Shown: in pieces, positions 12,870-25,021 of the stretch | How the letters are laid out: every line of letters begins with the position of its first letter | Position numbering within the stretch: the first letter of the stretch is position 1 | NCBI RefSeq assembly: GCF_006345805.1 | Contig: NC_043017.1 | Span: 33,604,001 to 33,668,000, forward strand | Direction of reading: 5' to 3' | Length of the DNA stretch: 64,000 nt | Source: Octopus sinensis | Taxonomy: Eukaryota | Translations under genes and position numbers: made by a program | Notes under the pieces: generated by a model | What the model was told of the DNA's origin: nothing | The model's input: the letters and a program-made list of their open reading frames with translations, nothing else | Database searches by the model: none

Positions 12870-12961
12870 GATATATATATAATATATATATATATACATA
12901 TAATGTACAGGGCGCGTAAGACATTTGAGGACAGATTTATGTTTATAAATATATATATATG

Positions 12962-13012
<51 letters not shown>

Positions 13013-13130
13013 TATATATATATATATATATATAATTATATATATATATACTATATATATACATATATATATATAACATATATATATATATAGATATATA
13101 GATATATAGATATATTTATATTTATATATA
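12397..13130. repeat. (TA)n-rich tract containing three copies of a ~48-bp non-microsatellite unit
   Basis: GCGTAAGACATTTGAGGACAGATTTATGTTT forward at ~12702 and ~12904, inverted at ~12397-12440. Confidence 0.9.
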
Positions 13131-13565
13131 TGCGTGTAATAAAAATTCCTGAGACAAAATTAGTTTTAATACAATCTTAAAGACTGCAATTTAAATCAAC
13201 ATTCGGTGATTCCCCTTGGAAAATTAATCCATCGGTGATGGCACAGTCAGCCGTTCAGTTAAGAAATGTATGTTACACAGAGTGTGTTTCAATTATATGC
13301 CCAGAATTGGTTGATATTGATTTGGACTTGTGTGCTTTGATTTTGTATCCCCTTCGTAATGAAGTAGTAATAAGATATTTAATTGGTTTCTATGAATTAT
13401 GATTTAGTTTCTCTAGAGATAATGAGACAGAATCACTAAAATAGCCATATTAAATGAAATTACCTGTACTTTCTATGTTGGATATGATCACGTTTATGAA
13501 AGTAATATTTCAGTTAGGCAACTATAAATAAGAAATGGTAAAAAATCAGAGGCATATAGATGTGT

Positions 13566-13566
<1 letters not shown>

Positions 13567-13645
<79 letters not shown>

Positions 13646-13649
13646 TTAA

Positions 13650-13718
<69 letters not shown>

Positions 13719-13745
13719 AACCCTACCTACCTATCTATCTATCTA
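13567..13745. repeat. (TATC)n microsatellite
   Basis: Direct reading. Confidence 0.95.
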
Positions 13746-13866
13746 TTGCGCTGCCCTCATCATTTATCTTTTAAACTTTCTCCCTTTATCTCTTTCTCTT
13801 TCACTCTGTACACACAGACGCAGACACGCAGAAATACACACACAGACACACACACACACACACCCG

Positions 13867-13958
<92 letters not shown>

Positions 13959-14044
13959 AAGATAGATAGATAGGTAGGTAGGTAGGTAGGTAGGTAGGTA
14001 GGTAGGTAGGTAGGTAGATAGATACATAGATAGATAGATAGATT

Positions 14045-14133
<89 letters not shown>

Positions 14134-14152
14134 GTAGGTAGATAGATAGATA
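13867..14152. repeat. (GATA/GACA/GGTA)n compound microsatellite
   Basis: Direct reading; inverted relative to the 13567 tract. Confidence 0.95.
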
Positions 14153-14730
14153 AGTTTCTTTATTGGCCACACAGGGCTGCACACAGATGGGACAAGTTAC
14201 AAGGTAGAGCTTTTCTTTTGGGGGATGAAAAAAGGGGGTGGCGTAGGTTTTTGATCAAGAGGGATCGTAAAAGGGAAGAAAAGAACAAAAACAATAAAAA
14301 ATAAAAATAGAATAAAAATAAAAAGAATAAAGGAAAAAAAAAGAAATGGAAAGGAACAAAAGAAAGGAGAAATGAAAAAAGAAGAAAAAGGGGAAAAAAG
14401 GGGAAGAGGAAAAAAAAGGAACGATCAATAGGGATCGTGTATCACAGTGTTATGATATATGGTGTAAAGGGGAAAGCAAGTAAGGTTTATCCGTGGGAAG
14501 AAAAGCTTACGAAAAAGACCACGGTAACCTTGGTCAATATTGTTATATGTTACCACATTTGTTTGCAAGTGGGTAACCCTCTGTTTTCAATTTCTGGGCT
14601 CATAGGACTATGCTCAAGGTGGCTTCGTCATTCATACGTGCCATCCTTGCTACATTCACCCATCTTTTTTTAAAACATTCGCTAGACAAAACTTGCCTCT
14701 CTACTCTCACTTTCCTTTTCAAGTGGTACA
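14153..14730 (-). mobile_element. 3' end of an L1/Tx1-like LINE, 5'-truncated, inserted in (GATA)n
   Basis: Minus-strand peptide HLKRKVRVERQVLSSECFKKRWVNVARM* resembles an ORF2 C-terminus; 3' UTR ends in AATAAAGAAAC then (TATC)n; the same repeat type flanks both ends. Confidence 0.5.
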
Positions 14731-14758
14731 TAGATAGGTAGGTAGGTAGGTAGGTAGG

Positions 14759-14841
<83 letters not shown>

Positions 14842-14957
14842 GGAAAAACTGAAGATGGGAAGTAACCATTCATAAATTAAATTGGCAATTATAGGCTTAT
14901 CACATGAGAGATTTGGGACATGTGTAAACATTGGGTATATATAAATATATATATATT

Positions 14958-17900
14958 ATGTGAAATAGAAAGATGAATAATCTTGTAGTAGATTAATCGA
15001 AAGTTTAACCGATACCTTAGTAGCAAAAATCACAGCAGTAAACAGCACGGTTGGAGGTACAACCATATGGTGTTGCAAGCGTGCGTTGGTGCGGATAATT
15101 GAAATTAAAAACATTATTGGTGAATTGAAGAAATGGAGCTGAACACAGATTGAACAGAAATCGTTTTATTTCATTCTACACGTGTTTCGAAAGGCAACAA
15201 ATTACCAAAATCCGATTGAATATGGGACCATATTGTGTCTTTCTCTTCAGGAAGAAAATAGGAAATCCGTTGGAAAAACAAAAACAGAACAGAGGCGGAG
15301 CAAAAACAAATCGAACTATGCTCCTAAGAGCCCATGGCGAAACTGTTTATCAGTGTATGTTGAGAACCGGTGGCTGAAGAATTTAACGGGTCAGGCATCG
15401 GTCAACCATGTGGGTGAGGGTGTGTGGGTGTTCTTTGTGACCGAGAATAAAGTTCTGACTATTTAAGGAATATTGGATGTTTTATAAGGGGCGAGAAAAA
15501 ATCTACTTAGAGACGTGTGTGTGTGTATACTGTTCTATATATGTGTGTGTTGGCGTAGAGGTAGAAAACATTTTTTGTGTACGTGTGTGCGTTTGATCGT
15601 TCGGCTGTCAGTGGCTACTGCCGCGAGAACCGTTGGGTGGCAGAAAAAAAATATATATATTATGTTTTATGTGTGTGTGTTTCATCTAAGCCTGCCTTGT
15701 CAAGGAAGCCCCCCGCTGTGAAAAAAACCAAGCCCCGTTTGTCTTACAGGAGTAATTCCCCTTGCAGTGATTAATCGTAGATATCTTAAAGGCTATTTCA
15801 GAATTTGTTACCAAGGGCTATGGGTGCCGGTATTATTTATAAACGCTATTTAAAAGCCAGATAAGTGTAACGCCGCAATGGGGGCATCGAAAAGCCGACT
15901 GTAAAAGCCCGTTTACCATCCGGCCTCTGGCAAACAAAATATGGAAGAGTTCGGAGACACAAAGGTTGCACTGCCTGCTTCTGCCCCTATCAAATGGGAG
16001 GGCCACCGACAAAATTGACCATTCCAGCCTGTAGCTTAAGTTCGTATCCTTCAGTCCGCCATATTAGCTTACTGAGTCCCGTGGTCTGGCGCTTGTTCAT
16101 GTCCCGAAAAGTTGCGTAATGGTTGGAGACACGCAAAGACAATCTTGAGGATGAGGCCCCTACATAAGTGAAGACATCTGAGTCCGTGTAAACCTTGCAT
16201 TGGTAGACGGCGTTTTTGATCTTGGAGTTCGCCGACGTGAATCTTATTCTGCTAGGATTAGTTTCTGAAATTAGAACTGCGTTCCTGTCACTATATTCGT
16301 TCCGAGACCTGCAGCCGCTTACTACTCTATTTTCCACTACGTCACTATTAACTATAGGAATAACCCCTGATTCTCCACTATCTATCAGAGTGCTGTCATT
16401 GCTACTGCCCGTGGTGCTGCTATTGCGGAAATGATGCTGGGGATGCTATTGGGGCTCTCTACCCTACTCCCATTGTTACCGTCAACCACAAACACCCCTA
16501 TTTATAACTATACCCCTAGTGGGTACTCCCTGGCTGGAGCTGAGATTATGTGTCACTGTACTGGCTCTCATATCATTATTACTAGTATAATTATTCCTAC
16601 TGAGCATTAAACCGGGAGCGGAAGAGGCTGTGCCTCCGGAAAAAGGTGATAGGGTCTTAGTAAGTAGCCTATTATTATGGGAGGTGATTATCTGGGCGAG
16701 GTTTTTAGTGTTGGAGAAAGCTATCCTAACTTTATGCGAGTTAACCGTGGAGTATATTTGGAATTTCTGGGGAAGTTATTGGCGATGGCTTGTCTAAACA
16801 TGAGGGGGAGGTTAGTTCTAATCTGCTTACCAAGGGGATTACAAACCATATATGCTTATTCCTATCAGTGTGATGGGTCGGGACGCCAGCTCTCGCGTTC
16901 GGGTGGGTGATTCTCGGATGAATAACGGGTCTTGGGTTAGTGTAAGACCTCCCGGACCGATAATTATCCTTGTTCGCTAAATTAAATGCGGGAGCGACTA
17001 CCCCGGCATCCGCCGCGCTCCCGTCCTTACTTAAAATGTTAATGTTATTATTATTATATACGGCCCTATCCTGATGACCGAATGATGGCATCGGAAGGGC
17101 CGGATCAATATAAATTACCTTCTGCCTATAACCGGCCTTAGATAATGCGGCGTTATAAAATTCCGCTTTCTGCATAAAAATATCGGCACTGGCGGACAAG
17201 CCAGACAATCTTAGAGAGATCTTTTTAACCAAATTGTCTGTTACGGTTTTGGCATGATTTGAGAAGACACTGACATACTTCAAATTAGTGGAAGGCTTAT
17301 GGTAAGGGCAGTATGAGTCGCTATTAAGGTTAAGTGTAACGTCTAGGAAATTAGCCTTGGTGAGTTCATTATCAAAAACTATACTCATGCCCATTCTATT
17401 AAAAAACCTAGCTAACCTGCTCTTAGTTTTCTGCACTATTCTGTTCGTGGTGTTTTGCAGGTAAAAAGACAATCGTCACGATACAGGCCGCCCGCGATCT
17501 CCGGGAATTGGTCGGACAATTCGTAGAGAATATATATTCCGATCAAATCGGCTATCTGCGCACTATCCGAACTACCCATAGCACATCAAATTCATTGGGA
17601 GTATCTTTACGGATCCACAACTTATTATCAAACTTAATAAACGATTTCCTGGCAACTAAAATGATATCTATCTCTTCTCTGGTGAGGCCAGCCTTGTTGT
17701 GAGCATGCCAGAGGGCCTTATTTAGCACACTAGGGTCAATCGAGGGGTAGAAGCTGGCGATATCAAACTGAATGAACCTAGTACGGTTCTTATTGGGGAT
17801 GGAAGAGAACCACTTCACTACCTGCGAGGAGTTGGCCCAGAGGCTGAGCTTCAGCTTGTTTACTAAACTAGGGATATATTTATCTAAAATGTACTTACTG

Positions 17901-18230
17901 ATTATCCCGATATCAGATGTAGCAGGGCATATGAGTCTTAGCGCTGGGTTGGTGTGGAAGTCCGGTTTATGGTCCTTCACTATAAATCTGGGTTGCTTGG
18001 GGCTAAGCGGCTGAGTTCTCATTTGAATTCGGTGTTTAAATATTATTTCCTTAATTTCCAAGTTTACCTTCCTCAGGGTACTCCAATTGGTTTTTCTATA
18101 ATTTTCTTGATCTCTTACCGAGTAAATCTAGGTACTGCTTAATGGGCATCTTGTATGTGTTCCTGGTCTTGTCGGACTGGACCAGGACTCCGTCCGTTCT
18201 ATTAATGTCCTTGGTAATTTTATCTAGGTA
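14958..18230 (-). mobile_element. Penelope-like element, main copy (5'-truncated RT, GIY-YIG, 3' pLTR and tail)
   Basis: VLVQSDKTRNTYKM, FIQFDIASFYPSI, GLYRDD, FLDVTLNL, NAVYQCKV...TYVG, GLSKLIWRLK...CNLCVSE...CPH; frameshifted. Confidence 0.92.
15168..15258 (-). ncRNA. Type I hammerhead ribozyme motif with long stem II, PLE sense strand
   Basis: TTCTTC-CTGAAGA-GAAAGACACAA...TTGTTGCCTTTC-GAAAC ACGT GTA-GAATGAA. Confidence 0.7.
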
Positions 18231-20633
18231 CGAATTGTCCGACCAATTCCCGGAGATCGCGGGCGGCCTGTATCGTGACGATTGTCTGTTTTACCTGCAA
18301 AACACCACGAACAGAATAGTGCAGAAAACTAAGAGCAGGTTAGCTAGGTTTTTTAATAGAAGGGCATGAGTATAGTTTTTGATAATGAACTCACCAAGGC
18401 TAATTTCCTAGACGTTACACTTAACCTTAATAGCGACTCATACTGCCCTTACCATAAGCCTTCCACTAATTTGAAGTATGTCAGTGTCTTCTCAAATCAT
18501 GCCAAAACCGTAACAGACAATTTGGTAAAAAGATCTCTCTAAGATTGTCTGGCTGTCCGCCAGTGCCGATATTTTTATGCAGAAAGCGGAATTTTATAAC
18601 GCCGCACTATCTAAGGCCGGTTATAGGCAGAAGGTAATTATATTGATCCGGCCCTTCCGATGCCATCATTCGGTCATCAGGATAGGGCCGTATATATAAT
18701 AATAACATTAACATTTTTAAGTAAGGACGGGAGCGCGGCGGATGCCGGGGTAGTCGCTCCCGCATTTAATTTAGCGAACAAGGATAATTATCGGTCCGGG
18801 AGGTCTTACACTAACCCAAGACCCGTTATTCATCCGAGAATCACCCACCCGAACGCGAGAGCTGGCGTCCCGACCCATCATCAACTGATAGGAATAAGCA
18901 TATATGGTTGTGTAATCCCCTTTGGTAAGCAGATTAGAACTAACCTCCCCCTCATGTTTAGACAAGCCATCGCCAATAACTTCCCCAGAAATTCCAAATA
19001 TTACTCCACGGTTAACTCGCATAAAGTTAGGATAGCTTTCTCCAACACTAAAAACCTCGCCCAGATAATCGCCTCCCATAATAATAGGCTACTTACTAAG
19101 GCCCTATCACCTTTTTCCGGAGGCACAGCCTCTTCCGCTCCCGGTTTAATGCTCAGTAGGAATAATATACTAGTAATAATGATATGAGAGCCAGTACAGT
19201 GACACATAATCTCAGCTCCAGCCAGGAGTACCCACTAGGGGTATAGTTATAAATAGGGGTGTTGTGGTTGACGGTAACAATGGGAGTAGGGTAGAGAGCC
19301 CCAATAGCATCCCCAGCATCATTTCCCGCAATAGCAGCACCACGGGCAGTAGCAATGACAGCACTCTGATAGATAGTGGAGAATCAGGGGTATTCCTATA
19401 GTTAATAGTGACGTAGTGGAAAATAGAGTAGTAGCGGCTGCAGGTCTCGGAACGAATATAGTGACAGGAACGCAGTTCTAATTTCAGAAACTAATCCTAG
19501 CAGAATAAGATTCACGTCGGCGAACTCCAAGATCAAAAACGCCGTCTACCCATGCAAGGTTTACACGGACTCAGATGTCTTCACTTATGTAGGGGCCTCA
19601 TCCTCAAGATTGTCTTTGCGTGTCTCCAACCATTACGCAACTTTTCGGGACATGAACAAGCGCCAGACCACGGGGACTCAGTAAGCTAATATGGCGACTG
19701 AAGGATACGAACTTAAGCTACAGGCTGGAATGGTCAATTTTGTCGGTGGCCCTCCCATTTGATAGGGGCAGAAGGCAGTGCAACCTTGTGTCTCCGAACT
19801 CTTCCATATTTTGTTTGCCAGAGGCCGGATGGTAAACGGGCTTTTACAGTCGGCTTTTCGATGCCCCCATTGGCGGCGTTACACTTATCTGGCTTTTAAA
19901 TAGCGTTTATAAATAATACCGGCACCCATAGCCCTTGGTAACAAATTCTGAAATAGCCTTTAAGATATCTACGATTAATCACTGCAAGGGGAATTACTCC
20001 TGTAAGACAACGGGGCTTGGTTTTTTCACAGCGGGGGGCTTCCTTGACAAGGCAGGCTTAGATGAACACACACAACACAAACATAATATATATATTTTTT
20101 TTTCTGCAACCAACGGTTCTCGCGGCAGTAGCCACTGACAGCCGAACGATCAAACGCACACACGTACACAAAAAATGTTTTCTACCTCTACGCCAACACA
20201 CACATATATAGAACAGTATACACACACACACGTCTCTAAGTAGATTTTTTCTCGCCCCTTATAAAACATCCAATATTCCTAAATAGTCAGAACTTTATTC
20301 TCGGTCACAAAAACACCACACACACCTCACCCACATGGTTGACCGATGCCTGACCGTTAAATTCTTCAGCCACCGGTTCTCAACATACACTGATAAACAG
20401 TTTCGCCATGGGCTCTTAGGAGCATAGTTCGATTTGTTTTTGCTCCGCCTCTGTTCTGTTTTTGTTTTGCAAACGGATTTCCTATTTTCTTCCTGAAGAG
20501 AAAGACACAATATGGTCCCATTATTCAATCGGATTTTGGTAATTTGTGCCTTTCGAAACACGTGTAGAATGAATAAAACGATTCTGTTCATCTGCGTTCA
20601 GCTCCATTTCTTCAATTCACCAATAATGTTTTA
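18229..20633 (+). mobile_element. Inverted second copy of the same PLE (starts just before YRDD, lacks the tail)
   Basis: Reverse complement of about 15112-17526, differing mainly by 1-bp indels; ends in (TA)n. Confidence 0.95.
20485..20575 (+). ncRNA. Type I hammerhead ribozyme motif with long stem II (second arm)
   Basis: CTGAAGA 20493-20499; GAAAC 20555-20559; palindromic stem III ACACGTGT; predicted cleavage after GUA at 20566. Confidence 0.72.
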
Positions 20634-20992
20634 AATATATATATATATATAATATATATATATATATATTATATATATATATTACATATAATCATATACA
20701 TAAACATGCTAACATATTTAAGGGCCCATACACTTACATCCTTTAAACCACGGCATACACACACACACCACACACACACACACACATATATATGTATATA
20801 TGTACGCATATGTACATATATATACGCCCACAGAAATATATCCATACACAGACGCACCCTTAAGCGCACATATGAAGCAAAAGTATCTATGAGATACAAA
20901 TCATAGTAGATATTGACCTATATATGATTGAGAAAGAAAAAAGTGGTATGTCAAATAGCATACACTATAAACTCTTGAATTATTAAAATCAT

Positions 20993-21352
20993 CTCTACTT
21001 GTAGAGGATGTACCAGAAAAACCAACAAACAATTGATAAAAAATCATATGGGAAGAGGGAGCTGATCTCAAATATTTTTTTTAAAGCATTGTTTACATTT
21101 GATGGATATTTGTCCTCTTCTTGTTTGATGCTAACACAACGTTTCAGCTGATATACTCTCCAGCTTTCAACAAGTGTCTGGGGGAAATTTCGAACCTGGG
21201 TTCTCATTTCTAAGGTAATTTTCGATGTTGATGTTGTTGTTGTTGTTATTATTATCATCATCATCATCATCATCATCATTATTATTATATATTATTATTA
21301 TTATTATATTATTATTATTATATTATTATTATCATTATAATTATTATTATTA

Positions 21353-21419
<67 letters not shown>

Positions 21420-21910
21420 TTCAGGTCACTCGAATTCGGAATCTTGGGGTTAGTAGCCCGCGCTCTTAGCCATTAAGCCATATGCTCGTGGGGAATCATG
21501 GAGTAAATTTTAGGGGTTAAAAATCTAATATTTTCCTATCCTTCCTTAATTTCCGGTTCCCATATGCTACTCATATCTGCATTGGTCTGCTTAGGATGTT
21601 ATTATGTCCAAGCATATGTGCTGCTTCTTTTAGTTTTTCTATTTTCCTGTGGTGTTCTCTGTCTATTATTTTAGCTTCATCCAGCAGTGGAAGGTGGTCT
21701 CCATTTTTCCATACATGATCATCTATACCCGATTTATCAATATCTCCTCGTGTCACAGCTTTGCGATGTTCCTCTACCCTTATTTTGAGGAAGCGGCATG
21801 TTTCGCCTTTATACAATCTGCCACAGCTGCATGGTATTGAGTACAGGCAGTCTTTGGTCATATTCTCTTCTACTGGTGATTTTACTCGAAGGAGATATTA
21901 CGCTTGTAAT
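20993..21910 (-). mobile_element. 3' part of a Penelope/Poseidon-type PLE: GIY-YIG relic, tRNA-like segment, (ATT)n, degenerate hammerhead
   Basis: ORF 21571-21861: DCLYSIPCSCGRLYKGET...RVEEH...DHVW...KLKEAAHM; hammerhead relic at 21133-21178. Confidence 0.75.
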
Positions 21911-22435
21911 ACAACACTTCGTAAATAAGGCAAAAGTGAGCTAAGAGAAATAACACGGTGACAAATATTTGAACAACATTGACAAACACAGACATAGCAA
22001 TTACAATAGAACATAAATTCTTGATTTATTAAAATTATCTCCGCCTCTTGATGATGTACCGCAAATATCAAATGGCTATGAAGTTCACCTCCGTATGAGA
22101 AATTAGACGATCTTAAGAATTATGACTTTCACCTGAGTTGACATGCCACTAAGTAAAGGGAAAAGGTTATTTCCTGAAGAAAAGGCCGGCCGTAGACGCA
22201 CGTTTGTCTCAAGTTCATTCCTTTCCACCCTCTCAACGCAATTTTCTGACGCCGTCAAATTGATCATTATTATATTACATTATTATTATAAGGTATTAAG
22301 CTTGATAGGGCTGTAGAAATCGCGCTTAGTGAATCACATTTTGAATGAGGTACTTTAAATTAGCGACGTTTGTAAATAACCTGGAAACAATTTCTTATAA
22401 TTATAAATTCACACAGACGTATATTCTAGTGTGAA

Positions 22436-22767
22436 GGCGCATGGCTCACTGGTTTGAACGCTGAGCTTATAATCATGGGTTAATGAGTTCGATTCCAGGT
22501 CTAGGCTGTGTATTTTTTTCTTGTACTAAACACTTTATTTTGCGTTGCTCCACGTCACTCAATTGTAGAAATAAATCGCAACGTCAATGGTGCCAAGCTG
22601 TATCGGCCCCTTTGCCTTTCCCTGGGATAACATCGGTTGAGTGGGGAGGCTGGTATGCATGGGCGACTGCTGGTCTTTCATAAACAAGCTTGCCCAGTCT
22701 TGTGCCTTGGAGTGAAACTTTCTAGGTGCAATCCCATGGTCATTCGTGACCGAAGGGGGTCTTTACC
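22436..22767 (+). mobile_element. tRNA-derived SINE (family SINE-C)
   Basis: Head GGCGCATGGCTCACTGG...GAGTTCGATTCC (A and B boxes); tail GGTGCAATCCCATGGTCATTCGTGACCGAAGGGGGTC. Confidence 0.65.
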
Positions 22768-23079
22768 TATACTATTACCACCGGCTGAATACCACCTAAT
22801 TATCGACATTAAGAGGTAATTAAAATAGCCAAAAGGCTAAAACACAAATGGCTAGATACCGTTGCGTGGGACCACAAGGAAAATATAGGTTCTAAGTCAG
22901 CTGCCCTTTGGACACCAATATTGCTTGAAATACGAGAGAAAGAGAACATCTATGGACTATTGATAAGGTGTTTGAAAATTCGTTACCCTAGATACACTTT
23001 TATCTATAAAGATCTGCCGGAGCTTCCTAAGATTTGAAGGATAATTAACAAAACAAAATGCTTTCCTGCACAACCTTTC

Positions 23080-23487
23080 GGTTCCGGGTTCAGTCCCACT
23101 ACGTGGCACCTTGGGCAAGTGTCTTCTGCTATAGCCCCTAGCCGACCAATGACTTGTGAGTTGATTTGCTAGACGGACACTGAAAGACGCCTGTCGTATA
23201 TATGTATATATATATATATATGTATATGTATGTATGTATGTGTGTGTGTGTGTGTGTTGTGTGTTTGTGTGTCTGTGTTTGTCCCCCTAGCATTGCTTGA
23301 CAACCGATGCTAGTGTGTTTATGTCCCCGTCACTTAGCGGTTCGGCAAAAGAGACCGATAGAATAAGTACTGGGCTTACAAAGAATAAGTCCCGGGGTCG
23401 ATTTTCTCGACTAAAAGGCGGTGCTCCAGCATGGCCGCAGTCAAATGACTGAAACAAGTAAAAGAGTAAAAGAGAGTAAAGAGAGTA
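23080..23487 (+). mobile_element. SINE-A, slightly 5'-truncated
   Basis: Matches 31066-31470. Confidence 0.9.
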
Positions 23488-23964
23488 ACCTTGCTACAAA
23501 ACAAAATTTACTCTTAATTAAAAGGAGGGAGAGAACATACATATGTATGTACATATATTATATATATATATTATATATATACATAGATGTATACATGTGT
23601 GTATATATGTATGGATGCCCGTATATATGATTGTATGCACGTGCGTGTGTGCGTGCGCGTTTGCGTATGCATACAAAGGCAGCACTCGCACAAAAAAGAC
23701 ACTTTAGGTAAAACGAAATTATCACCAACACAAGCACGTTGTGGTGTTGTCAATTACCGGAGAAATAATATTGCATTTTTGACACCTACCGACATTCTTA
23801 TTCAATTTAGTGGCGTCAGCAACGTAAGTTATTGAGATCGAGAGGAAAACGCTAAACACGAACAATGGCAGACCAGGCGGAAAGGGAACACGCATCACGG
23901 AGAAAAAGGGAGAGATAGAAACCGAAACATACATATAAATATAGATAGAATATCTTTCCAATGG

Positions 23965-24119
23965 CATGCATACTTACATACATACATATACAGCAAAGCA
24001 TATGAGTGTGTATAATGTCTATATATATGAGTATATATGTATATATGTATATGTATATGTATATATATATATATGTATATATATGTATATATATATGTAT
24101 ATATATATATATGTATATG

Positions 24120-24193
<74 letters not shown>

Positions 24194-24280
24194 CGTTTAT
24201 ATGAGTGTAAATATAATTTTATATATATTTGTATAAATATACATTATGCATATGTGTGTATACATACACACACACACTAA
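23965..24280. repeat. (TA)/(TATG) compound microsatellite
   Basis: Direct reading. Confidence 0.9.
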
Positions 24281-24625
24281 CACACAAATATCTATGTTTG
24301 TGTGTATGTGTACAGGAAGTACTAGTGTTAAATTTTTCATTTATATCGATTTAACACGTGTTTCAGTGATAATTATTATAATTATACACCAATGACTTAC
24401 GATTGTATTTACGGGAATCTGCGTACAGACTTCAGCTTGTTAGATTATTAAAACTCAGGAAAAGTTATAGAGCATATTTTTAATATTTTTTTCTACCTAA
24501 GCGTTAATAATTATAAATCTTCAACTTCCGTGCAGATTTATAAAGGAATATGTAAACTTTTCAAGTATTTAACCTTTAAATTCTTTAGGGCTCAGTGCGA
24601 AACCAAAAAATAATAATAACTGTCT

Positions 24626-24970
24626 TGCCCCAGCATGGCCAAAGTCTCATGACTGAAACAACTAAAAGAGTAGAGACAAAATGACGGAAACAAAGTGGAA
24701 GTAGGTAATCGGATGCATTGTAAATCAAAGAAACAGATACATATTTTCTGAGGGACGAAATTCGATTTCTGCCATAAAAAACGTATTAAATATTATACGT
24801 ATTTGGAGTATAATAAAAAAACAAACAAACAGATACAACAAAATCTTCAAAGTCAACTATGCCTTCAGAGGAAAGTCTGTACGTCCCATCAGCAAAACTG
24901 AACTGCTAAACGACTTTTTAATGTTATTGATTGAATTGCTACCCACTCTAGTAACTACATTGGTAATAAT

Positions 24971-25017
<47 letters not shown>
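24626..25017 (+). repeat. Copy 1 of a ~335-bp locally duplicated segment plus (TAA)n
   Basis: Collinear and highly similar to 35909-36302. Confidence 0.9.

Positions 25018-25020
<3 letters not shown>

Positions 25021-25021
<1 letters not shown>

Noticed and set aside
17772-19207. Antisense ORFs overlapping the PLE (and those antisense to the Dong elements)
   Set aside because: Shadow frames of the TE coding strand; duplicated only because of the palindrome
15112-20633. DNA transposon with very long TIRs (Foldback or Polinton-like)
   Set aside because: The arms themselves encode PLE RT and GIY-YIG, the ends are asymmetric, and there is no transposase or integrase
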